DNA of 64,000 nt from the NCBI GenBank assembly GCA_002189035.1, contig CM007989.1, forward strand, positions 1 to 64,000. Direction: 5' to 3'. Both the position numbers and the translations under genes were made by a program. Origin of the DNA: Utricularia gibba (Eukaryota > Plantae > Magnoliophyta). The notes under the pieces are model-generated. The model was not told where the DNA came from. It saw nothing but the letters and a program-made list of their open reading frames with translations, and made no database searches. Every line of letters starts with the position of its first letter. Position 1 is the stretch's first letter. Positions 35,425 through 48,400 of the stretch are shown here, one piece after another.

Positions 35425-38400
35425 ATGGATGAAACGGCAGAAGTCACAGAGGAGCAGAGGAAACGGGCCGCCATTAACCTTGCGGCTGCTTTGGCTAAGC
35501 GGAAGGCACTCCTGTCACATCCTCCTGAGGAATGCCGGCCGTGGAAGTTGATCGAATGCGACAAGATTTTGCCAAAGGGAATCCAACAATGCAGCGTTAA
35601 TCAGTTTGTCGTCAGTGATTCGGTTAAGCAAGCCAAATTCATTGCAAGGCTCGAGATTTGCTCTCTTGATTCGTTTCGTATTATCCCTGTTCCTCTCGAC
35701 GGTTCTGCATTTCCTGGTGAAGGTCCTTGCTTGGAGAAACTTAGAGTTCATTTATCCAAAGTAAGGCCACAATCTTTAGCATTATTTTACTGAGTTCATT
35801 GGGTTTTCAGAAAGCGCGCTCTAAGTTTTTTGCTTGCTCCTCTTTGAGAGTATTTCCAAACAAATTTCTTGATCAGGTTGGTTCTCCACACTCTACCCAA
35901 GTAACTTGTGGTGGACGGGCCTGTGTCTACAAACTTAATGACTATAAATCGGTTTTGAAGTCCTTGAAGAGTTGCCCTGGCATTGAGTATGATGAGATAC
36001 CCTGGGGGACATTTGCAGTTATTGAGAGGCTTTCACATTCATTGCTGGCAGAAAAATGGATGCCTTGCAGGCCCGAACATCTTTCTGATGAAATAGTAGG
36101 CGATCTTATATCCAAGATACCAGGAAGTCTTTTGAATGCTCTGCTGCCTTTCCAACTTGATGGTGTTCGTTTTGCGTTAAGAAGAGGAGGTCGGTGCCTC
36201 ATAGCTGATGAAATGGGACTAGGGAAGACTCTCCAAGTGAGGATGGATCTCTTTTCCAGATGCTTTTCCTACTATCATATTTGACCTTTGTGCTCGTCTT
36301 CAGGATGGCTGGTGTCGTGCCTAATTATTATCCTATTTTCGCATATTTCTGATGATTTTCGACATTAGCATATTTTACTCATCAATGTGTTTCTACTGCA
36401 TTTTTTTCTCAATTATGCTTTTATATGTAACCAAAAATAGATTCAGAATTCCTCATTTTATTTACTCATTACTTTTACAACCGTGAATAGGTTATGTCAC
36501 CATACTACGATGTTAGGATAGTCTAGACTTTATGGAACCTAATTAAATTCTTCAAGATCGAGATTATTTCTGGAAACAGTGTCCATTTATTCATGTATTT
36601 AACCCCATGTGGTTTGAAAATGCTGAGCTATTTCTTGTTGCTGAAATTACTTTTTCAAAAAAAAGACTCTTCTGGGGCTGATTCTTTGTTTTGGATAAGG
36701 CTATTGCAATAGCAAGCTGTTTCATGGATGAAGGGCCCCTTCTTATTGTTTGTCCAGCTATTTTGCGGCACTCCTGGGCAGATGAACTTGAACGCTGGCT
36801 TCCTTTCTGTCTGCCCTCTGACATTCACCTAGGTACACCCATCTGATTACCATTTATCTCTGCGCGTTTTTTTCCAGAAATAGAATGTTTTGGCATTAAC
36901 GTGCATGACTGCATTTCAGTTTTTGGTCATCGTGACGACCCAACACGCCTTTCAAAACTTCCAAAAGTTGTGGTTATATCATATGCTATGCTTCGGCGGC
37001 TGCAGGGAAAAATGTTGGGACAAGACTGGGCCACTTTGATAGTGGATGAATCACATCATTTGCATTGTAATATCAAGTTTACTGAAAATGAAGAGGTGCA
37101 GGCACGCTTAACCTTCAACTCATATATTTCATTGTTCTCTATGCTGAATCTTCATCAGTATCCGAACCTTTTGAAATTTAAATGTGGTTTTATAAATGAA
37201 GATAAACTTGATGCTTACTTTATTGGATTTTCTGTTTCAGCGTGCTCGTATAAAGGAACGCAATGTTACTTAACATTAATAGCTGGGTTCAAATTGGTAT
37301 ATTTTTGTCTGTTGAAATTTACATAATCATGTAATCTCCTTATAGCTAAATGCCGTCGTGAATGTGGCCATGAAGTTGAAGCATCTGATTTTACTATCAG
37401 GAACTCCCTCATTATCAAGGTTGTGGAATTCTTCATGTTTTAATTTGTTGTGATGGCCTGTCAGTTACAAACTTTTTATCAAATTCATTACAACTGTCCT
37501 ACCTCAGAATTAATGTCTTTTTTCCTTTTTATTTGAATGAATGTTAACACTGGACTTCTATTTTTTAAATTAATAGGCCATTCGACATTTTTCATCAAGT
37601 AAATATGCTATGGTAGGTTTTCCAGAATTGTTATGGCATTTGAGTTCCTATCATTTTGGCTATTATTGTAACTACGGTAGTTTGTACAGGCCTGGTTTGC
37701 TTGGGAAAACTAAATTTGATTTTTCCAGAATATATTGTTCTGTCAAATTCATTTGGAGCTCCCAAGGCAAGCTGTATCAGGTAAATGTGTTGTTTCTAGA
37801 AGTCTTGTTCTTTTAAGAAATAAAAAAATTAACTCTTCATCCGGCTTGGCATTCATGCGAAAATTTGAAGGAATAATTAGCGCGCCTTTACAGATACTAT
37901 TTTATTCTGCATACTAATTTCCCATTTTACGCATTCTGTCTTCAAAAATTTCAAACTCTAGCGAAAACCAACTTCATACTTTTCTATCAGGATTTTTCAG
38001 AGGGTAAACGCTTGGAGGAATTGAATGTTCTTCTAAAGGAAAGTATAATGGTGCGATTCTACATGTATATTTGTATTTTCTCCTTGTGCAGACATTATAA
38101 AACTTGGATTCTATTATTTTATCAAACCTTTCTGCTGGAACCAGTTTCCTTTTCTTTTTTTTTCCTTTTTTTTTAGCCATGTCACAAGAAGAAGCTTTCC
38201 AAGTATTTTTTAACTTTGTTACTTCATTATGTAACCAGCAAAAGGAATTGTTACCATCAGCAATCAAACTCTTCTAAGTTTGATAAATATTTTTCCACTT
38301 AGAACACAGACATCTGCACTTGCCGAGGGTGTCAATTCAATTCATAGTTTCCTAAATAATTTTTCTCACAAATGACAACCTAGTGTTGAGCTATAACCAG

Positions 38401-41400
38401 TGATTTACTGAAATCAAGACTTTGTAACCTGCTGATGCAAGCTGCAAGTTCGATCTGTTATCTGTGTTTTCTGCTTAGCCTCTTTTACTAGTCTTGTGCT
38501 CTGCCTCAGATAAGACGCCTAAAGGCAGATGTTTTGCCAGAGCTCCCACCTAAACGTCGCCAAATCATAAAACTAATTTTGAAGAAATCACACATTAATT
38601 TCGCTATGGAAACTCTGGGGTTGGAAAATGCTGATGCTTCTGCAGATGATGGTGCTGAAAATGCTAACCTTCCCATTGCTGATGATGACCTAGGTATGCT
38701 TGATATTCTTTTGATTCATCTTTGTTCTATCCAAGTTGGCTCCCAGAGATCGAACTTCATGAGCATTTTAAAGCTTATGATCTAACATTACACATTTTTA
38801 AAGTGTGACTCATGTCCTGCTTTCATTCATTCTTCAAAATGCAAATGTACTGTATGTGAGTATCCAGGGAAGTTGGCTGCAGTTTCTTTTAACAAGAATT
38901 CATTATACATATGTAGACACTTGGTTTCAAAAGATAGTTTTTGTGATCAATTATTGTTCTTCATGTAGAAATTGACATAAATAAAAAATTGCAAAAGAAG
39001 CTCTCGGCACTTGGACTTGCCAAATTGCCTGGATTTCTTGAATGGCTCTCTTTACACCCCATCACTACAGAGATGGACTCTGGAAAGGCCATGGAAGCAA
39101 GTTCTGGCTCTCACAAAATGTTGGTTTTTGCTTATCATCATAGGGTGCTTGATGGGGTGCAGGTGATTTTATTTCATGTTCTATGTAATGTTATTTATGG
39201 CTATATAATATTTGCTCATCATCATTGGTCTTCTTGATAGATGGAATCATTTTTGATTCATGATAATTATGCTCGTGCAGGAATTTTTATGTGAGAAGGG
39301 AATAGAGTTTGTTCGTATTGATTGCAAAGTAATGGGTGTTGACAGAGAGTTAGCAATTAAAACCTTCCAGACATCTAAGAAGGTCTCTAATTTCTGGAAC
39401 TTACAGTGAAAATTTTATTAATGAATTCCTTGTTTTGTATCTACCGCCTTCATCTTCTTCATCAGCATTTTCTTAATAGAGGGACATATGCCTTAAGAAA
39501 TTTTTTTAATAATGCATAAGCATCGAGTCATTTTATCAGGGCTATTGCATTTGGTATTTGATGCAATAGAGATTGTTTTTGAATCTATATTTGTTCTGTT
39601 TTGGAGAAGAGATTGGAAATTTTTGCTTTGAATTACTCATGAAACGTCATTTAATTTGTATTAGGTTAAGATTGCATTAGTTGGCATTCGTGCTGGAGGC
39701 TCTGGGCTTAACCTAACAGCAGCAGAAAATGTTGCTTTCCTTGAGCTACCCATGAGATTGGCCGATATTCAACAGGTTCGTTTTATGATTATCTTTTTGT
39801 TTCAAGAGTAATCATCTGATTATCTCTCATGTTCAAATCTTGATTTTTTTATTGTGAGAGATCTATTGTCCATGTCAACAAAAAAAGGAATAAGATATAA
39901 ACTCTCCAGTTGAAGGAAAGTATGAAACCTGGAGATTGCAAAAGTTCCCTCATTTATCATTTGAAATGTGGAAATTGAGACAAATTTTGGACTGTATTGG
40001 CTCTTCTTCCTTGATGGATGGGGCTTCTCCAAACTGATGTATAAAAGGATAATGACATTTACATTTATAATTTCAAGTTTGTATCTTTACATTCACATTA
40101 TCTGCTTTTTTTGTAACTTTTGAAAACTGAAGGCTGAAGACCGAGTACATAGGCATGGACAGAAGAGATTGGTGAATGTTTATGTTTTCTGTGCCAAGGT
40201 GCCTTACCTTTGGTTATAACACGTTTTTATTGATTATCATCCTCGAAGTTTTTGTGAATCCCTGAGACAAATCAAAGAATCGTTTTATCATGTCCTTGTA
40301 GGATACTACTGATGAGCTTGTTTGGCAGAAACTAAATAAGAGTTTGCTTTGTGTTTCATCAACTCTCAATGGGAAGCATGATGCCATGCATGAAATAGAT
40401 GTGAGGATTGAAAAGTGCTTTTGTTCTCTGTTGGAAATAATTAGTTAGGAGAATTAACAATTTATTTGAGGGCAATAATGAATTCTTGTTCTTTGACAGC
40501 TGATTCATTTTTTTTTTCTTGTGGTGCAATATTTTATTATTTTCCTATGCATGACTCATTTTTGGAGAAGGCTATTAGAAGGAAAGGATACTTTGCATTC
40601 ACCTTTATGTTAGCTGATAAAGACATTTGTGCACTGTTTTGTTTCCAAATTTAGATGTAAAGCAATAACATGTCGCTTCTTGATTTGGTGCACTCAGGTT
40701 CAGAGCATTTCTTGTTTTGACTCTAGCACCGCAAATCATGCTCGAAAGGAATTTATGGAATCACAGTGCTCTTCTGATAATCCTACTGCAAAGTTACTGA
40801 GAGTATCTCAAGTCGCACATCAGAAAATGGATGAAGCTAATGCTGCACAAAGTGTTGGTAAAGTAACCCAAAGTGGACATGGTTGTTCAACGGAATTTGA
40901 TCATGGAAAGAATGTGGCGTTGCCAATCCCAGCAAGCACTCTTCGTTTTGAGGTAGTCATTTAAGTTTTCTTTCATTTTTAGGGTTATTTTCCTTCCATA
41001 TAGATCTTTTACGAAGAGGAGTAAATCTTTTTAGTTCTGATACTTGATATTTTTATGACTCAGGTAAGCAAGCACACTGGAAGAATTCATTTATACTCCT
41101 GCATTCCAGGAATAGACACAAGGCCTAGGCCACTTAATGTCAACTTTAGGCCAGAGGAAATTGAGTGCCTTCAGGTGGCAGGGGGGAATCATAAATTCCT
41201 AGATACCCCTCTCTACATAGAAGCTTTATTAATGTACATCAATGAGTGGAAGAAACTGAGGCCGGTGATGAGGAGGAAATTAATGAACAAACCCTTGCAA
41301 CTGCCGCTCACTTCTGAGCTATGCTATTTGAGTGAACACCAGAACCACGATGATGGGGTATGCATGATAATGAGTAACTGATTTTCTGCATCTGATTATT

Positions 41401-43415
41401 GGAAACAGCAGTTTCAAAGCTCCCTTTGTTCTTAAAGTTCTTTTCTACTTTTTTATTCAATAGTTCTTTTGCTGGTGAAACTCAATTATTATGGTATTAA
41501 TTATTATTAATCACTTTTTTTTTTCAAAGGGACTGCTTAGAGGTGGAAGCAAGAGACGTGTAGCTTCAAGAGCTGAAATAAGTCATCCATTACCGGAAAA
41601 TGCAGTATGGAGAAAGGTAAACCTCTCTGGTGGCTGTAATCGTAAAGAGAAGCTTTATTCACAAGGCTGGTCAGAAACAGATGGACCACTCTGCAAGATG
41701 TGCCAAACACCATGCAAGTTGGTATATTTAACAATTCACTATTTGTTGAATGTGAGTAGATTTTCATTAGTTTCTAATCTCATGGCAGGGGAAACAATGC
41801 TAGGATGCCTGACTTTTTCGAGGATCTGTTCTGCTCTTTGGATTGCTTCGAGGAATATCGATCACGAACTTCGAGTGGGTTTATCCGCCAGGTGCTGGCA
41901 TGGTTTTCATATTTTGTTTTTTTTTCAATGGCAAGAATGGTTTTCATATTTCGATGTTGTAAGTAATTTAGCAGAATGCTTTACAGTATACATACAGATA
42001 TTCAAATTTTAATTTTGCAGGAGCTTTTCAAAATTGAGCGTGGTATTTGCACAAATTGTCACTTAGACTGCCATCGACTCGTAGGTCACCTACAATGCCT
42101 ATCAATTGAGAAGCGAGGGGAGTATCTGGAGAGAGTTGCTCCAAATATTGCAAAACTTGGCCGACTGTATGCTTTTTATTTGGAGTTTTTCTTCGTTGTT
42201 ACTAAGAATCATTAAATTAATTAGTAGATTTTAAGTGTGGTTCTCTTCACTCCCAGATATTCTGGCACTATAAAATGGACATTTGATTTTTTACATCCCT
42301 TGTCAAGACGTATAGTAAATGAGCTCCAGTAAAACCTGTATCAGTTCATCTCACTGTTTGCATTGATTTTTTCACTTCGAATTGAAGAAATTTAGGATTT
42401 CAATGTTAGCACCATTCAATGAGCTTAAGGTAGCAACTTTATTTCGTCTCCATGCTTTCTCAGTTTGAGAGAGGAGAGAGTGCTGTATTTTAACCCGTTT
42501 CAAGTACCAAGATATGCGGTCTTTTTCTTCTGTTTTGGACAACTTTTATTTCCTTCAGGTTCTATACAACAGTTTTTTACATTCATGAGCAAGCAGAATT
42601 CATCAGGTTCTCTGTTGCTTCGCTGGTCTTAATATATAATGTTGTGTTCATTCATATGCAGATTCAATAGGCTTGTTGATGATCCCACAGAAGGCAATGC
42701 ATGGCATGCTGACCACATTGTACCTGTGTATAAGGGTGGAGGTGTGAGATAATTAAATCCTTAAATCTATCTTGTTCCTTGCCTAAGAAAGATTTTTATT
42801 ATTTTCCTTCTGTGTTCATGTGTGAACTAACGAGCAATCACTGAATGAACACTATTAGTAGTTTGATCATTTTTCAGAATGATGAAGTGTATTGGTGCCA
42901 TATCACCTTTAGAGACATGCTCCATTTCCAGATTTCAATGGAGATTATCATTATTTGATCATAATGAATTGTCTAATCTGAGGTACAGGTGAGTGCAATC
43001 TAGAGAACGTCAGGACGCTTTGTGTTGCATGCCATGTGGATGTCACCAGTATGCAAAGCAAGGAACGATGTATTGCACGGAAAAATGCTAGGAAACGGCT
43101 CAGAGATGCAATGTCCAGGATTGCCAATGTGAAAAAATGCGGAAAACTCAGCAGTGTTCTTAAGGTGTCATTACTATGAGAATTTACGATGTTATTGCTT
43201 CGAGTGTATTCAAAGTTCATTGAGACGTGGAAACTACCAAATGCACTTGGTTGTGAATGTGAATGACCTCTTTCTCTCAATTTCCTTTCTGTGATTTAAT
43301 GCTCCTTTACCCACAGGACTTTGAATTCAACATCCAGAAGGACGGGCCAGGTTGTAGTCTGCCAATCGAGATCCCTGGTAGTGCATATTCGATAGGTGGT
43401 GGAAATGAAGAATGA
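35425..43415 (+). CDS. ZRANB3/SMARCAL1-family SNF2 annealing helicase with C-terminal HNH endonuclease
   Basis: Motifs LIADEMGLGKTLQ, IVCPAILRHSW, LIVDESHH, LLSGTP, GGSGLNLT and QAEDRVHRHGQ. C-terminal WHADHIVPVYKGGGECNLENVRTLCVACH (HNH). Exons join in frame to TGA 43413-15. Confidence 0.92.
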
Positions 43416-44121
43416 AGAAACTCGTTGATCTTTATCAACAGATTAGAAAGGTGTGTTTTTTTGTGTTTCTATCAACTAAAATATCGTTCTCAATAAAGTC
43501 TCTGTTTCCAGACTGTTAAATGTGGGCTAGAATATATACACGTGAGTTGCAGAATGGTAGTTTTCTCCTATCTTGGCGTCCACAATAGAAGATGATTATC
43601 TAAGTTGATACACATACATATGTATTTGCTTGCACAGGCTCGCGGGGTAGTAAGAGGTGCTGACTTGTTCATACGCAATGGAGGAGTAATTCCGGGAAGG
43701 GGTTGCAACAAAGCTGATTGGTTGGTCCTCAACCTCAACGACTTAAATAGGCATTTTGTAACGAAAGATGTAGGACTGCTTAAGGGAAGCGCTCTGGCCT
43801 TGGTCTCATCTTCGAATCTAAATTAAAGATTTATATGTTGCCAACAAAAAAAAAAAAAAAATTCAAGGTTCACACTAACTGCCTGAAGTACGACTGGCGC
43901 AGTCAAAGGTGGCATTTCAGTTATACCTTTATAGTGCAGCCGATTTGAGTCTTTTTTTTTCCACCGTACTAACGGAAACAGACATTGAAACACCGGTATT
44001 CTTCCTTAGCTTTCTTCTCTCTAGTCCGTTAATCAACTTGAGCTTGTAGAACTTCGTTGTATATGTTTCCATTGCTCTCGTGTTTTCTTCTTTTGCTTAT
44101 AGCAGTTTTCCAGGAAAAAAA

Positions 44122-45123
44122 ATGATGAAATGCAGTCATTATTTCAAGATCATGGTGCCTGGTTTTGATGAAAAATTGGGATTCTCCCTAAGTTTTCTTT
44201 CCTTGCTCAGTTTGATGGGAATAAGTCTTGTGTGGAAATTTTTTTTTTTCTTTCTGTTACGCAGTGAAAGCTTTTCCTGTGATTGCGGTGGTGCAGAATT
44301 TCGTTAAACCATAAAACTTTGACTTTTTTCGGTACATAGAACCTGCCTCCGGTATTCTGTGAGAAGGTGCTGAAGTTGGAAAGCTCTGAATGGATGGTCA
44401 CCTTGATGAGCCGTAGAGGAGCATGGAAGATAAATGCTTGCAGGTGCAGGTGCAGTGTCATCAGCTTCAGAAAAGGGTGGTCTCGTTTTGTCCGAGCTCA
44501 TCATGTCAAGATTGGAGATGTCACCGTGTTTCATCACGTCAATGTTTACGTTTTCAATCCATCAAACTGTGAAAAACATTTCTCGGATAGGGAATCATCC
44601 CCACCAGTGATGACACATGGTAAACAGCAGTAGTTGATTTAAGTGCTGTTTGGTTTGATTGTTTCAAGTAAAGATATCTTGCAGAAGGAATAAGGAGGAA
44701 ACGATTCCACAGAAAGAAACCGTGTTTCACCTACACAGTTCAACCTCGTCATCGAGCCAAGAATTCCAGGGTTGGGATCGTTTTTATTTCAAGTTGCATG
44801 TTGGGTTCATACCAGGCAAGAGTTGCTTTTTCCAATAACGCGTTGTGTTGTTGCAGATAATACCATTAAAATTTAAGAAGATGCATGATCTGGCAGAGAA
44901 ATCGAGTGTTATTCTACAGAATCCATATGGGAGATCATGGCCCATGAAGCTGAGGGTATGGAAGGAGGGGAAGACGTGCAGAATGTTCGAGGGCTGGCAT
45001 GAGTTTCTCATCTCAAATAGGCCGGAGGTCGGAGATGAATGTATTTTCGAACTGGTGAGCCATGGCCTTGAAACAGGTTCTTCCTTCAAGATGCGCATTG
45101 TAAGAGTCACCAAGAGCAAGTAG
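44122..45123 (+). CDS. B3-domain (REM-type) DNA-binding protein with two B3 domains
   Basis: HYFKIMVPGFDEKL / NLPPVFC...FRKGWSRFVRAHHVKIGD..VF / IIPLKF...LQNPYGRSWPM...EGWHEFLISNRPEVGDECIFEL. The expected first donor reads GG, not GT. Confidence 0.8.
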
Positions 45124-45493
45124 TAGAGTAGCGGAGTCCATCTTCCTTGCACGACTTAATCTTGCGTTGCTGTAGTTCTGGGGTTATTTTGTTGCTTTTT
45201 GATGGTCCTCAGTTAGCTAAAATGAAGCCGTCACCCTGTGTTGATGGGTTTTCGTTTGTGTTGAACAGTGGCCATAAGTGTCCTGCAGCCAGCGAGTGCA
45301 TGAATTCGTTATTCCGAGTCAAAGTCAATCGTCACCACACCAGTAATGACATTTGACTATCAGTATGTGCATCACAACACCAACGGGCGTTCCAGGTCCA
45401 CCACTATTCCTTCCTCTGTGTTGCGTTGTGTTGTGCTTACGCCCGCTACCGTCGACGATGCTGTCTTGTCATCTCCTGACCGTATGGCAAAGC

Positions 45494-48400
45494 TCACTTA
45501 TTTTTCTTCCCACCAGCAAGAATACGTTGAATCTGCAAGCCTCTACTGAAGGCCTGGTTGAAAAGCAGCCTTGTTTGGAACTCGGAAACGAATGGGAACC
45601 AAGCCAGGATTGCCACAGGAGCAAAGATCACCAGCCCCATTATATACTCGTATCCTCTAGCCAAAGCTTTTACTGAGGCCCACATCCCGATGCCCTTCAC
45701 TATAGGCCTACAAGCCTGCGCTATAAGCAGGAGTGCCCAGCCAGTGGGCAAAAATCCGAGCAAGCACGCAACGATATCGTTGCCTGTGAGCTCCAGGAAC
45801 TTTATGAACACGAGAAGTGTCGCCACGAAAGCAATAAACAGGAAAAGCTTTAAAAGTCGGAACATCAACTGGAAATCAGCGCTGAACCTTTGTCTCCCCA
45901 TGGACACTATCTGAATTCAAATGTTCCTGGAGGTTACAAGCAGCACAATGTGGGAGGAAACCATTTATGAAAACTCACCTTCAAAATGATAACCACAGCA
46001 AGAATCACCAACCAGGACAAGCCATAAACCTGAAACAATTAAAGTGATTTAGAGAAAACAATAGGGCTGAGATAGGGGCATGATACCAAATTTTACACAA
46101 GTCCTTCGCTAATGTGCCCATTCCCTAAGCGAAATCCGGCTATAAGCTGAATTTCATGTGCAGGAAGAAAAAATTAGGAATTACCAGAAGGCTCTTTTCA
46201 TTCTGCACTGCATGCAGCTGATAAACTATCCCATACTGGTATAGGAAGAAGCGTAAGGAGAGGATGATCTCCCAGAATCGTCCCAGGAGTCCTGTGTACT
46301 GGAGATGCTCTTGTTCCTCATCCCACCATGATTCCCAACTCTTTGTTGCCGGGACACCAATTCCACCACAGCTACTCATCCACTTAGTCCAATCCTCAAA
46401 GTCATCGACTATCTTCTGCCATTCAAATCCTGAAGGATTGAATAAGAAAGGAGCAAACAACCAGGAAACCACAAGGAACCACATTGACATAGTGACAAAT
46501 GTGTAAGTTGTGGAGTCAGGAGCAGCAGTGCTATATGCGTGATAAACTATCAGCATAACCATAATTTCTAGAGCTTTAGTAAAATGGCTCCTGGAGTACA
46601 TCCTATAATTTTCAGCGAACTTCTCATGCCGCACCACAAAACCACGGCCTGTAGCTCTATATTTGGCTCCACCATGAAGGATAGTACGGCCAAAATAATG
46701 AACCTTCGTCCCAAGAGAGAAAGTAAAGAAGACAGCAGCTAGTTGAAGCTGCATGATAATTAGCTCACCAGCTGCAGTTCTAAATCCCCTCTCAAGACCA
46801 ATTTCCATAATCATGGGCAGCGCCATCAAAAGACCTAACTGAACAATTGACTGTGATGCCATCACAGCCTTCAGAGCATCATCTCCCCTAGCTCTGGAAT
46901 ATCTGATTATGGCCTTCTCCATCCCACTAAGAGAAAGATAGAGTCTACCATACAAGTAAGCATACACGGTAAGGACAACAAGCTGCACAGCATCAACAAC
47001 AAGATGGAAAACATCAGAAATTAAATTTTAATAATTTCAAAGAGAAGTCAACAGAGAAGTAGAATTAAACAGGATCTATAAGATGCTTCATTAGGAGTTA
47101 CTTTTTCATGTAAATTAAAGGAAGCAATTTAATACATTACCATTGAGCTAATGTAAAACCCTGTTGTTGTATAGTAGCAAGACAACATGCGGAAGAAGTC
47201 AAAACGATGGCCCAATCGGTAGATATCACGGCTCAGAGTCTGCTCCCCATTACCACAAGCCACTTTTGCTTCAAAAAGTGAAATCTGATTGAGTCCAACA
47301 TCTCGGCCCTTCCCAACTTGTATGTATTCATGGTGAGTCACATTTCCACGTCTTAAAGTTGAATTAAAACCTTAGGAGCCAAAAACAATCAGGAGTTGCA
47401 TTATCATAAGCAGACAAAGGAAATAACAAACTCACCAGCAAATATATCTTCACTAAGATTGATTCCTCGTGATGCTTTACTTATTCCTCCACGAGTTATG
47501 TGGAAGATTCTGTCAAAAACATCTGGATGCCCATAGTGGAAACGAACCCTGCAAAAAACCAATTAACGGAATGCACTTGTAAAATGAGTTTGAAACCAGA
47601 AGCATTCTAAAATCATATGACTGTTTCAACATAGAAGGAATGAAAAAACAGATAATACTGATCTAAGTGAATATGGGAAACACTATGAGAAATCTGAAAT
47701 AAGAAGACAGTGCTGGTGTTAAGGTGCGGATGGTCACTGGAGATAATATTCAGACAGCATGGGAGAATCATCCATTCTTTGGGCGTAAAATGAAAACAAT
47801 ATAATATCCAATAATCATTACACTAATGTGTGAAAATGAAATTCATACTTCAAAGGCCTTGCAAGAACTCTCTGGCCAATGGTGACGAAGCTTGTTTCCT
47901 GATTTGACATGAACCAAGCCAATGAAGAGACACTGCAATCAAGATGTTTTCAGAAAAGGAAAATACTGATGGTTCACAACTTAAACAGTTACTAGAAGGC
48001 CTACCTTCCAGTGAAAATATGCTCTCGGACTCCCAGGATTGTAGGTGGTCTCACTCCATGGTCCTCATTGAATTCCTCAAGTAAGTTTCGCATCTTAAAG
48101 GCTTCTTCCAAATAATTATCCTACAAGTGGAAGTAGCCATTGGTTATGTTACAGTAAATTTGTTACAAAGCAAAATACGCACTAGATGAAACAGTTTACC
48201 AATCTCACCTGATTCATGTCAATTGTTTGAAGAGCTTCACCACGAGTAAAAACAATAGCATGGTTTTGGTTTTCAGGTTTTCCTTCTCCTATCTTTGCAG
48301 AACCAGGCAATTTAATGCGATATATTTCCTATACAAAAACCATGACTTGGAATTACAAACTCAAAGCTAGACATTTTTGCATTATCTGAAAATAATAGTT

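Noticed and set aside
43605-43826. GC-richer 73-aa ORF between the ZRANB3-like and B3 genes, possibly an organellar insertion or gene fragment
   Set aside because: No recognisable motif on either strand. It needs a BLAST search and cannot be supported by eye.
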